DNA from: an uncultured Acidobacteriota bacterium
GTDB taxonomy: Bacteria; Acidobacteriota; Vicinamibacteria; Vicinamibacterales; CAVVIG01
Assembly: GCA_963729215.1 (NCBI GenBank)
Contig: CAVSND010000019.1
Coordinates: 199,801-263,800, forward strand
DNA: 64,000 bases
Direction: 5' to 3'
The translations under genes were made by a program, and so were the position numbers. Positions 36,959 through 47,902 of this stretch are shown here, piece by piece (positions within the stretch are counted from its first letter, which is position 1; each line of letters begins with the position of its first letter). The notes under the pieces were generated by a model. That model ran no database searches. It was not told the DNA's origin and worked only from the letters and a program-made list of their open reading frames with translations.

Positions 36959-36972
36959 AGAACTGGAGAATC

Positions 36973-37110
36973 GTAGAGAACAAACGATCAAACGCGGAGA
37001 TCGCAGAGATCGCGGAGGTTCTTGATAGGTCTGATAAAAAGAAAACTCTGCGATCTCCGCGATCTCTGCGTTGATCGTTCTTCTCTGCGATCTCTTTCCC
37101 CGCGATCTGC
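36973..37110. repeat. GATC-rich nonamer (GCRGAGATC) inverted-repeat element
   Basis: Left arm gtagagaacaaacgatcaaacgcggagatcgcagagatcgcggag (36973-37017). Right arm ctctgcgatctccgcgatctctgcgttgatcgttcttctctgc (37047-37089). The loop is ~29 nt and A-rich, and extra partial units run to 37110. There are 8 GATC sites. Confidence 0.85.
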
Positions 37111-37112
37111 GA

Positions 37113-38360
37113 TTAGAACGCTTCCTGGATGGAGAGGTAGAACCCGCGCGACCCCGCTTTGCCCCAGCCGTAGTCCGTGCAGAGGTTCGTGCGCGATCGC
37201 TTGTTCAGGAGAAAGCGGAAGCCGAAGCCCGCGCCGGGCGCGAACGACTCGAAGAGTTTCTCTCCGGCGTCGGCGTTGTCCACGGTCGTCGTATTGAGAA
37301 ACGCGACCATGCCGACAAGGCCGCTCGGCGTAATCGAGCCCCGGTACTCCACCTCGCCGTAGAGCAGGTGCTCGCCGCGATAACGCCCCTCGCCATAGCC
37401 CCGGGCCGAGCGGTCATTGGACGCCGTGGCCGGCAGATCGAAATACGGCGCCGTGCCGCCCGTCACCATATCGCCGAGAAACCAGAACGCCAGCCTGTGG
37501 CGGCCGTCCTTCGTCAACGCCTTGTACGTTCGCGCGTCGAGATACAGTTCCTGCCAGGTGGCGTCGCCGCCGAGAAACCCGTCGTAGTACGTGCGGTACG
37601 TGACGTTCGCCATGGCCCCGTGGCGCGCGTTGATGGCGTTGTCCCGCGTGTCGTACAGCAGGCTCACGCTCGGACCGGCCGACGTCTGGCCGTCCAGCGC
37701 GAAGCCGTGCTCTTCCGTGTACTGGACGTAGGCCGACTGGTCCCAGTCGCTCCCCGCTTTTCCCTGACGGATGTCCGAGTGGTCGCTGACGTTGAGACCC
37801 ACGCCCACGAACAACCGGGGCATGACGTTCTTATAGGCCGTGCCGTAGACGCGGACGTAGTCGTATTTGACGTTCTCACCGGTCGCGGCCGCCGAATCGC
37901 CCAGCCCGTACGTGTTCTGCGACGTCCACGAGAACCGGTTGTCGCCCTGGAAGAAATACCGATCCTGGCTCGAAAACGTCGAGAAGCGGAACCCCGTCAG
38001 GGTCTGCTGCTTCTGGGAGACGCGCGCACCGCCCGAAATGGACGAGATGTGGGTGTTGGTTGGATCGCCGAGAAAGAACGCCATGTTGCCGTTCAGCCCA
38101 AGCGTGAGGCCTGTCGATGGCTTCGAGCCAATCGTGGGCGCGATGACCATGAACCGCCGGCGTGCCGCGTTCTCCATCGGCTCCTGGTGCAGCAGCATGT
38201 GCCAGAGATCGCCGATGTCCACCTGCGTGTGCGGCGCGAGATCGACGGCATGCGTATCTGGTTCGTCCGGAGGCGCTTCGTCTTCCTCCTGGGCCAACGC
38301 CGGCCCGGCGAGGAGAAGAGCGGCCACGCAGAAGCAAGCCAGCCTGATGGGTGAGAACAT
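37113..38360 (-). CDS. Outer-membrane beta-barrel protein, Omp85/BamA-type surface-antigen barrel without obvious POTRA domains
   Basis: 415 aa with signal peptide CFCVAALLLAGPALAQ. Barrel-like alternating pattern. The C-terminus ...GWGKAGSRGFYLSIQEAF ends in Phe. Confidence 0.6.
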   Translation of the reverse strand: MFSPIRLACFCVAALLLAGPALAQEEDEAPPDEPDTHAVDLAPHTQVDIGDLWHMLLHQEPMENAARRRFMVIAPTIGSKPSTGLTLGLNGNMAFFLGDPTNTHISSISGGARVSQKQQTLTGFRFSTFSSQDRYFFQGDNRFSWTSQNTYGLGDSAAATGENVKYDYVRVYGTAYKNVMPRLFVGVGLNVSDHSDIRQGKAGSDWDQSAYVQYTEEHGFALDGQTSAGPSVSLLYDTRDNAINARHGAMANVTYRTYYDGFLGGDATWQELYLDARTYKALTKDGRHRLAFWFLGDMVTGGTAPYFDLPATASNDRSARGYGEGRYRGEHLLYGEVEYRGSITPSGLVGMVAFLNTTTVDNADAGEKLFESFAPGAGFGFRFLLNKRSRTNLCTDYGWGKAGSRGFYLSIQEAF

Positions 38361-38439
38361 CGAACAACCATTGTAGCGTGGGTGCCTACATCCCGTCGGC
38401 TCGCGCTCTGTTTACGAACTACCGATACAATCTAGACAG

Positions 38440-40059
<1,620 letters not shown>

Positions 40060-40086
40060 GGGAGCCCGTCGTTTCGCTCTCGTCCG

Positions 40087-40197
40087 CTAATTCACGGACG
40101 TTTTCACGGCCATGACGATTGCGGCCGCCAGCAGGGCCACCAGCGCGAGCGCCGCGATCAGATCGCCGCGCTCGCCGCGTGGAAGGGGATGGAGCAT
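40087..40197 (-). CDS. Candidate 36-aa small membrane peptide
   Basis: ATG 40197 is preceded by GGAGG 6 nt upstream. It encodes MLHPLPRGERGDLIAALALVALLAAAIVMAVKTSVN with one hydrophobic helix. It is too short to appear in the ORF track and has no homology evidence. Confidence 0.3.
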   Translation of the reverse strand: MLHPLPRGERGDLIAALALVALLAAAIVMAVKTSVN

Positions 40198-40301
40198 GTC
40201 CGGCCTCCAGGTTCGACGCCTGCGCGACACCGTACCGGAACGTCAGTCGGAGTACAAGGGGTCAAGGGTAACGAATCCGTAAACACTGCAGAGAACTTGC
40301 C

Positions 40302-41906
40302 GTGTCTGAAAAGACACGACAGCGGGAACCGGCAAGTGAGACGATGAGTGCCATGCGCATCGTCCTGGCGGCGATCGGTGTCTCAGTGCTCGCGGCCGCG
40401 GGAGCACATCTTCTCGGCCAGCCCGCTCCTCCCCGGACCCACCTGGTCATCGTCGTCGACGGGCTGCGGCCCGACTCCGTGACCGCGGAGGTCATGCCGC
40501 GCCTGACGCGTCTGGGACAGCGGGGGATCGTGTTCACGGCCCACCATTCGGTGTTCCCGACTGTCACGCGGGTCAACGCTTCGTCCTTTGTCACGGGCGC
40601 GTATCCCGAGAGTCACGGGCTGCTCGGGAACGACATCTACATTCCCTCGGTCAACGCTTCGGCGGCTCTCGACACCGGCGAACGCAAGAACCTGGAGTCC
40701 GTCGCCCGCGCGGACGGTTGGCTGCTGGGCGTGCCGACGCTTGGCGAAATCATGCAGCGCGCAGGCCGGAATCTGCTGGCCGTCAGCTCTGGATCGACGG
40801 GTTCGTCCCTTCTGCTCAATCACACGCCTGGCGCCGGTGCGGTCATCCACTCCGATTACACGCTGCCGCCGGAGCTTGGCCCGCGGGTGCTGGCGGCACT
40901 CGGCCCGGCGCCTCCGCACGCGACGCCCAACGATCCACAGAACCAGCGCGCGATCGACGCATATCTGAAGTTCGGCATCGAGCACCTGCGGCCCGACGTG
41001 ACGCTGATGTGGCTGAACGATCCCGACGGCACGGCGCATGTGAACGGGATCGGCGCCCCGTTGACGCGCCGCTCGTTGATGCTCGTCGATGCCGGCATCG
41101 GACGGATCGAGGACACGCTGCGCTCGCAGGGGCGCCTCGACCAGACAAATATCATCGTCACATCCGACCACGGGTTCTCTACTGAGACGGGCACGCTCAT
41201 GCTGAGCGCGCTGGTGGCTCCCTTCGTTCGAAAGATGGACGACGGCTCACCGGACGTCATCGTGGCCGAAGGCGCCATCTATCTCCGCAGCAAGAGCGAC
41301 TCGACCAGGCTGCAGGCCATTGTCGCGGCGCTTCAGCGGCGGCCCGAGGTGGGCGCCATCTTCACGCAGTCCCGGCGCCTGTTCGAGCTGGGCACCGCGG
41401 CGGAGGGCCCCGCCAACGACAAGCTCTTCGAGGGTGTTGTGCCGGGCACGCTGTCGTTCGACGTGGCGCGATGGGGAAACCGCGCCCGGTCGGGCGACAT
41501 CCTGGTGTCCGCCAACTGGTCGCATGCGGCGAACAGCGCCGGCGTTCCGGGGACGACGACGCAGGAGGGCGTGGCGGGTCACGGGACATCGAGCCCGTAC
41601 GACATCCACAACACCTTGATTGCCGCGGGACCCGATTTCCGGGAGCATGCGACGAGCGAGATTCCAACGGGCAACGTCGATCTCGCGCCGACGCTGCTGC
41701 AGTTGCTGGGCCTTCCGGTGCCGCAGACGATGACCGGACGCATCATGCGCGAAGCGCTGCGAGAGGGGCCGACAACGTCCACGGTGCGCGTCGAGCATGT
41801 GACCGAGACGGTGAAGACGCCCGACGGCTCCTACGAACTGACCGCCCACACGTCGGTTGTCGACGGCCATCGATATCTCGACTACACCGAAGTGGTCAGG
41901 CGATAG
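40302..41906 (+). CDS. Alkaline-phosphatase-superfamily enzyme (nucleotide pyrophosphatase/phosphodiesterase-like)
   Basis: Motifs: VIVVDGLRPD, FPTVTRVNASSFVTGAYPESHG (Thr nucleophile region), NDPDGTAHVNG, IIVTSDHGF. Signal peptide RIVLAAIGVSVLAAAGA. The start is probably ATG 40344/40353 rather than GTG 40302. Confidence 0.8.
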   Translation: MSEKTRQREPASETMSAMRIVLAAIGVSVLAAAGAHLLGQPAPPRTHLVIVVDGLRPDSVTAEVMPRLTRLGQRGIVFTAHHSVFPTVTRVNASSFVTGAYPESHGLLGNDIYIPSVNASAALDTGERKNLESVARADGWLLGVPTLGEIMQRAGRNLLAVSSGSTGSSLLLNHTPGAGAVIHSDYTLPPELGPRVLAALGPAPPHATPNDPQNQRAIDAYLKFGIEHLRPDVTLMWLNDPDGTAHVNGIGAPLTRRSLMLVDAGIGRIEDTLRSQGRLDQTNIIVTSDHGFSTETGTLMLSALVAPFVRKMDDGSPDVIVAEGAIYLRSKSDSTRLQAIVAALQRRPEVGAIFTQSRRLFELGTAAEGPANDKLFEGVVPGTLSFDVARWGNRARSGDILVSANWSHAANSAGVPGTTTQEGVAGHGTSSPYDIHNTLIAAGPDFREHATSEIPTGNVDLAPTLLQLLGLPVPQTMTGRIMREALREGPTTSTVRVEHVTETVKTPDGSYELTAHTSVVDGHRYLDYTEVVRR

Positions 41907-41919
41907 CACGGGGCATCAC

Positions 41920-42010
41920 TCGTGGCTCGTTACTCGTGCCTCGTGGCTCGTTCTCCGTTTCGCGTTTTCGTTTCCGTTCTACGTTCTACATTCTCCGTTC
42001 TACGTTCCTA
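41920..42010 (+). repeat. About 13 consecutive heptamer periods (TCGTGGC ... GTTCTAC)
   Basis: tcgtggc tcgttac tcgtgcc tcgtggc tcgttct ccgtttc gcgtttt cgtttcc gttctac gttctac attctcc gttctac gttccta. The tract fills the convergent spacer between 40302..41906 and the DinB gene. Confidence 0.85.
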
Positions 42011-42490
42011 CGACTGCTCGTCCCCACTGGGGCCGTAGATCGACGGCACGGTCGATCCCATCGGACGCAGGTACGTCGAGAGTTGTCCGCGGTGATGGAT
42101 CGCGTCGAAGAAAAAGCCCCACGCGTTGCCGTATCCGGTTTCCTTCATGACTTCCGTGCCCTGAAACATGAAGGGCACGACCTGCTCCCACCTGGGCACC
42201 GGCAACGCGTGGAGGCGCTTCGTGATCGCGTCGTGATGCCGGTCGTACGTCGCGAGGATTTCGGCCACCGTGGCTGGTGTCGGCACCTCCTCCCATTCGA
42301 GCAGGCCCTTCTCGAGGCCGCTGCACAGGAGAATTTCCTCGCGTACGAGGAGCCATGCGATTTCGCGTGCGGTGCGCGCCTTCGGGTCCGCGCGGTAGTC
42401 TGACTTTTCCTGCGGAATTCTGGAAATGACCTTCCGGGTGGCAGGACCCTCCTTCTCCCAGAACTGTAGAAACAAGGATTTTTCGTCCAT
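42008..42490 (-). CDS. DinB-family protein
   Basis: ATG 42490 is preceded by AGGAGG. 160 aa with DinB-like helix-bundle His motif (WGFFFDAIHHRGQLSTYLR). The remainder of the long ORF 42008..43825 is antisense to the next gene and not credible. Confidence 0.75.
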   Translation of the reverse strand: MDEKSLFLQFWEKEGPATRKVISRIPQEKSDYRADPKARTAREIAWLLVREEILLCSGLEKGLLEWEEVPTPATVAEILATYDRHHDAITKRLHALPVPRWEQVVPFMFQGTEVMKETGYGNAWGFFFDAIHHRGQLSTYLRPMGSTVPSIYGPSGDEQS

Positions 42491-42619
42491 CGGCGCCTCC
42501 TTCATTGAAGTCCGAGATATTAAGCGAACAAAAGACGAAAGTCCAGTGCCTGGATAATTGGCGCGCCGGCCTTCGCTCCTCGCTACAATCCACCCTGGCT
42601 TTGACCAAGGAGCGGCACC

Positions 42620-43516
<897 letters not shown>

Positions 43517-43526
43517 ATCACACCAC

Positions 43527-43697
43527 GTTGACTCCTGCGATCTCTGCGTCAGCCAATCGACGCAGAGATCGCAGGGGTCGCCGAGCTCTCTTGTCGGCAT
43601 CGTTTCGAATCCTCGCTTCACTCTGCACATCGTGGATGCATGTTGACTCCGCGATCCCCGCGATCTCCGCGTTGGCCCCGTCTCCGCGATCTCCAGC
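43527..43697. repeat. GCGATCTC-family repeats including a perfect 17-bp hairpin
   Basis: CCTGCGATCTCTGCGTC (43534-43550) pairs with GACGCAGAGATCGCAGG (43559-43575) across an 8-nt loop, 18 nt after the stop codon. Direct units ccgcgatcc ccgcgatctc cgcg...tctccgcgatctcc lie at 43642-43697. GTTGACTCC(T)GCGATC occurs twice. Same family as 36973..37110. Confidence 0.85.
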
Positions 43698-43722
43698 CGT
43701 TCTGGTATTCTGACCAGAGCGC

Positions 43723-44676
43723 ATGTCACACACCCACGTCCACGGACACGCGCACGGCCATGCCCACGACGCGCCACAGGTGTCGGCGGCGACGCTGGGC
43801 GGGGCTGTCGCGCTGACGCTCGCATTCGTGCTCGCGGAGGCCATTGGCGGATGGTGGGGCAACAGCCTCGCGCTGCTGTCGGACGCGGGCCACAACCTCG
43901 CGGATGCCGCGACGCTGGGCCTCAGCTGGTACGCGCTGTGGATGGCCGGGAAGCCGTCGCACGAGCGCATGACCTTCGGATACCACCGCGTGGGCGTGTT
44001 TGCCGCGCTCATCAATGCCGTCTCGCTCGTCCTGATCGCGCTGTTCATCGGGTGGGAGGGGATCGAGCGGCTCCGGCACCCGGAGCCCGCAAGCGGCGTC
44101 CTGATGATCGTCCTGGCAACGGTGGCGATCATCGTCAACCTGGCGATCGGCAGCCGGCTGCATCAGGGCGCCAAGCACGACATCAACGTTCGAAGCGCTT
44201 ACATTCACATGATTGGCGACGCCGTGTCGGCGTTCGGCGTCGTGATTGCGGGCATCATCATCGCCACCACGCAGTGGCTGCTCGCCGATCCCATCGTGTC
44301 GCTCGTCATCGCGGCGCTGATCCTGTACAGCAGCTACGGTGTGCTGAGCGAGAGCGCCACGGTGCTGCTCGAAGGCACGCCGGCCGGCACCGACATGCCG
44401 GCCGTGATCGACGCGATGAAGAATGTCGCCGGCGTGCTCGACGTCCACGATCTCCACGTGTGGATGGTCGGCCCCGGGGTCGTCGCGTGCAGCTGCCATA
44501 TCGTGGTCGCCGAGCAGAGCGTGCGCGAAGGGCAGCAGGTGCTGCGCGCGGTTGTCCGCGACATCGAACAGCGGTTCCACATCACGCACACGACGGTTCA
44601 GGTTGAGGTCGAAGGCTGCGACGCGACCGACATGTACTGCGGCGGCCAGCGGACGATGTCGGCCCGCCTCGGTTGA
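43723..44676 (+). CDS. Cation diffusion facilitator (CzcD/ZitB-like) metal exporter
   Basis: 317 aa. His-rich N-terminus HTHVHGHAHGHAHD and CDF TM motifs LLSDAGHNLADA and HMIGDAVSAFGV. Confidence 0.9.
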   Translation: MSHTHVHGHAHGHAHDAPQVSAATLGGAVALTLAFVLAEAIGGWWGNSLALLSDAGHNLADAATLGLSWYALWMAGKPSHERMTFGYHRVGVFAALINAVSLVLIALFIGWEGIERLRHPEPASGVLMIVLATVAIIVNLAIGSRLHQGAKHDINVRSAYIHMIGDAVSAFGVVIAGIIIATTQWLLADPIVSLVIAALILYSSYGVLSESATVLLEGTPAGTDMPAVIDAMKNVAGVLDVHDLHVWMVGPGVVACSCHIVVAEQSVREGQQVLRAVVRDIEQRFHITHTTVQVEVEGCDATDMYCGGQRTMSARLG

Positions 44677-44763
44677 CGATTCGCGTGATGTGAGACAAAT
44701 TATGGCGACCTCATGGCAGCCGCTACTCTCCAGGACGGCGGCCGCACTGAGAGGACGATCGCG

Positions 44764-46003
44764 ATGAGGATACACAATCGCTGGTTTCAGCTCGGCGCGT
44801 CACTGATCGCGATGATCATGATCGCGAACCTGCAGTATGCGTGGACGCTGTTCGTGAAGCCGCTGCAGCTGGGAACGGGCTGGAAGCTGTCGGACATCCA
44901 GGTCGCCGCGACGTTGTTCATCCTCTTCCAGACCTGGGCCCAACCCTGCCAGGGATGGCTGATCGATCGGATGGGCCCGCGGCTGTTCATCAGCATCGCG
45001 GGCGTCCTGTGCGGGATCGGCTGGGGCGGGCTCGGCTACGCCACCAGCCTGCCCATGCTGTACACGCTGTATGTGATGGCCGGCATCGGGGCCGCGCTCG
45101 TCTACGGCGGTTCGATTGGATCGGCGCTCAAGTGGTTCACGACCAAACGCGGTCTGGCGTCCGGCATCATGGCGGCCGGCTTCGGCGGCGGGGCAGGGCT
45201 GTTCATCCCGATCATCAACGTCATGCTGAAGAACGACGGCTATCGCGCCACGTTCCTCTGGACGGGCGTCGTCCAGGGACTCGTGATCCTGGCCGTCGCG
45301 CAGGTCCTGCGCCACCCCGCGGCCGAGCCTGCCGTGCCCGCGGCAGCGAGGGCGGCGGCCGGCCCGGCCCGGCTCGGCCAGCATCACTTCACGACCGGCG
45401 AGATGGTGCGGACGCCGCAGTTCTACGTCATGTATCTCGCGTTCCTGATGATGGCGACGGGCGGACTGCTGCTGACGCTCAACGCCGGGCCCATCGCCGG
45501 CGCGTGGGGAGTGGCCGCCGCGCTGGCCGTCGCCCAGTCTCTCAACGCCGTGGCCAACGGCGCGAGCAGGGTGTTCTGGGGCTGGGTGTCGGATCGCACC
45601 GGGCGCGAGCTCGCGATGATCGTGGCCTTCGTGCTCCACGCCGGCTGCCTGGTGCTCGTGACCATCCTCGGCCGGGCCTCGGGCACCTGGTTCACCGTGA
45701 CGCTCGTGCTGGCGTTCTTCACCTGGGGCGAGCTCTACTCGCTGTTCCCGGCCATGCTCGGGCGACTACTACGGCACCCGTCATGCCACGTCGAACTACG
45801 GCGTGCTGTACTCGGCGAAGGGCGTGGCGTCGATTCTCGGCGGGTGGGTGGCTGCGTTGATTTTCGAAACCTCGGGCTCGTGGACGGCGGTCCTGTACGG
45901 CAGCGCGGTGCTCGCGCTCGTCGCCGCGGGTCTGATGTTCGGCCTGCGATATGTCTCGGTCCCGAGCCGTGGGCCGATACCGATTCCCGCGACCGCCAAG
46001 TAG
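44764..46003 (+). CDS. MFS transporter, oxalate/formate antiporter (OFA) family-like (one frame change as assembled)
   Basis: Starts at ATG 44764 (MRIHNRWFQLGASLIAMIMIANLQYAW). The body is in ORF 44713..46128. After ...LFPAMLG the conserved DYYGTRHATSNYGVLYSAKGVASILGGW... is read in the frame of ORF 45803..46003. The change is at about 45760-45765. Confidence 0.8.
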
Positions 46004-46094
46004 CTCGCCGCGGCGATCGCGCGACGTGCCGGCATCGAGCCTCTCGCGGCGGGCGAGCTCGTGAGCTCGGGCACGCTCACGGAATCCCGTGCGA

Positions 46095-47805
46095 TCAGCG
46101 GCGGCGAGACGTGGAGCGCCGCAGCTGACGGCCTCGACGTCTCGGCTCTGACGCTTCACGTTTCCGCCTAGGCCGGCGCTCGAACACCGGCGGCGCTTCG
46201 GGAATGGCGGCGCCGTCGTGGCGCGGCTCCGACGCGCCAAAATGCACGCCGGCCGCGTCGCTCATCACGGCCTGCCCGTACCCGAACGTTCCGCTGCGCG
46301 GCGGCACGACGATGACGTCGTGCCCGAGCGCGCTCAACGCGAGTCGCGCCGCCTCAGGCACAAGCGCTTCCACGTACACGTCCCGGCCCGTGAACGTCGG
46401 CTTGGTAAAACGGCCCGCTTCGAGCGCCTGCTGAATATCCAGCCCGTGGTCGGCGATGTTGGCGACGAACTGGGCGTGCGCCTGCGCCTGGTTGAACCCG
46501 CCCATAATCCCGAACCCGATCCGCACATCGTCTTTCCGCATGAACGCCGGGATGATGGTGTGGAGCGGCCGCTTTCTTGGCGCGAGGACGTTCGGGTGGG
46601 TCTCGTCGAGCGTGAAAAGCGCGCCGCGGTTGTGCAGCGCGAACCCCGTGCCCGGCGGGACGAGGCCGCTGCCGAACCCGTCGTAGATGCTCTGAATCAG
46701 CGACACGATGTTGCCCTGCCGGTCGATGACGGTCAGATACGTGGTGTCACCGCCAGCCGAGTTGGTGAGGCCGTCGAACGTCGACGGTTCGACGTGCGGC
46801 GCGGCACTCGCCGGATCGATCAACCCGGCGCGTTTCGCGGCGTGGGGCTTGCTCAGCATCCGTCTTGAGCGGCGGCGATCCAAACCGCATGTCCGCGACG
46901 TACCGCAGCATGTCGGCGTAGGCCAGCTTCTTCGCTTCGATCATCACGTGCAGCGCGCGCGGATCGTGCAATCCCATCTCACGCAGCGGGAAGCGCTCCA
47001 TCAGGTTGAGCATCATGAGCGCGGCCACGCCCTGGGTGTGCGGCGGCAGCTCGTAAACCGTCCAGCCGCGATAGGTCGTCGACATGGGCTCGACCCATTC
47101 CGCCTCGAACTCCTGCAGGTCGGCGGCGGTGAGCGTGCCGTCTTTTCTTCGCGAGAGCGCCAGGATGGCGTCGGCGATCCGGCCCTCGTAAAATGCCGCC
47201 CGGCCTTTGACGGCGATGCGCCGCAGCGACCTCGCGAGGGCAGGGTTCCTGAACACCTCGCCCGCACGCGGAGGCCGGCCCTTCGGCAGGAACGTGCGGG
47301 CGGCCTCCGGTTCAGCGGCCAGCTTTTCCGTCAGCGTGGCCCACGTCGCCGCGATGATGTCTGAAACAGGAAAACCGTGGGTGGCATAGAAAATCGCGGG
47401 AGCGAGGATGTCCGACATCGACAGCCTGCCGAACCTGAGCCGCAGCGCGTCCCAGCCGGCGACGACTCCTGGCACGGTGACCGAATGGATGCCGTCGGCC
47501 GGCATCTGCGCGATGTTTCTGGCTTTGAGCAGCGCGGGCGTCAGCCCTCGAGGGGCCCATCCTGCGGCGTTCAGGCCGTACACCGCGTCCTTCCTCGCCT
47601 CGTAGACCATGGCGAAGAGATCACCGCCGAGGCCGTTCATGTGAGGCTCGACGAGGCCCATGACGGCGTTCGCCGCGATGGCGGCGTCCACGGCATGTCC
47701 GCCGCGCTCGAGTACCTGGACGCCGGCGCGCGCCGCCAGTGGCTGAGCCGCGGCGACGATGCCATATTTCGTGGCGATTTTCGACCGGCCCGTGACAACA
47801 TCCAT
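46095..47805 (-). CDS. ggt: Gamma-glutamyltransferase family protein, no signal peptide (one frame change as assembled)
   Basis: The N-terminal half is in ORF 46747..47805 (GGHAVDAAIAANAVMGLVEPHMNGLGGDLF). The C-terminal half is in ORF 46095..46883 with the autoprocessing/nucleophile motif GGDTTYLTV, plus PLHTIIPAF and GIMGG. The join is at about 46858-46868. The Arg-rich last ~25 codons are doubtful. Confidence 0.85.
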
Positions 47806-47902
47806 GCTGCACGGAAATACTACAGGGAAGAAAGTTAGTGGAGAAGTCGAAGGGCTGAAGACTGGAAAAGCGACGGCGGACGTTCTGATCAGAGAGGCGA
47901 CG

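Noticed and set aside
43517-43722. Metal (czcD/NiCo-type) riboswitch upstream of the CDF exporter
   Set aside because: I could not recognise the conserved riboswitch core by eye, and the region is explained by GCGATCTC-family repeats. It needs a covariance-model scan before any claim.
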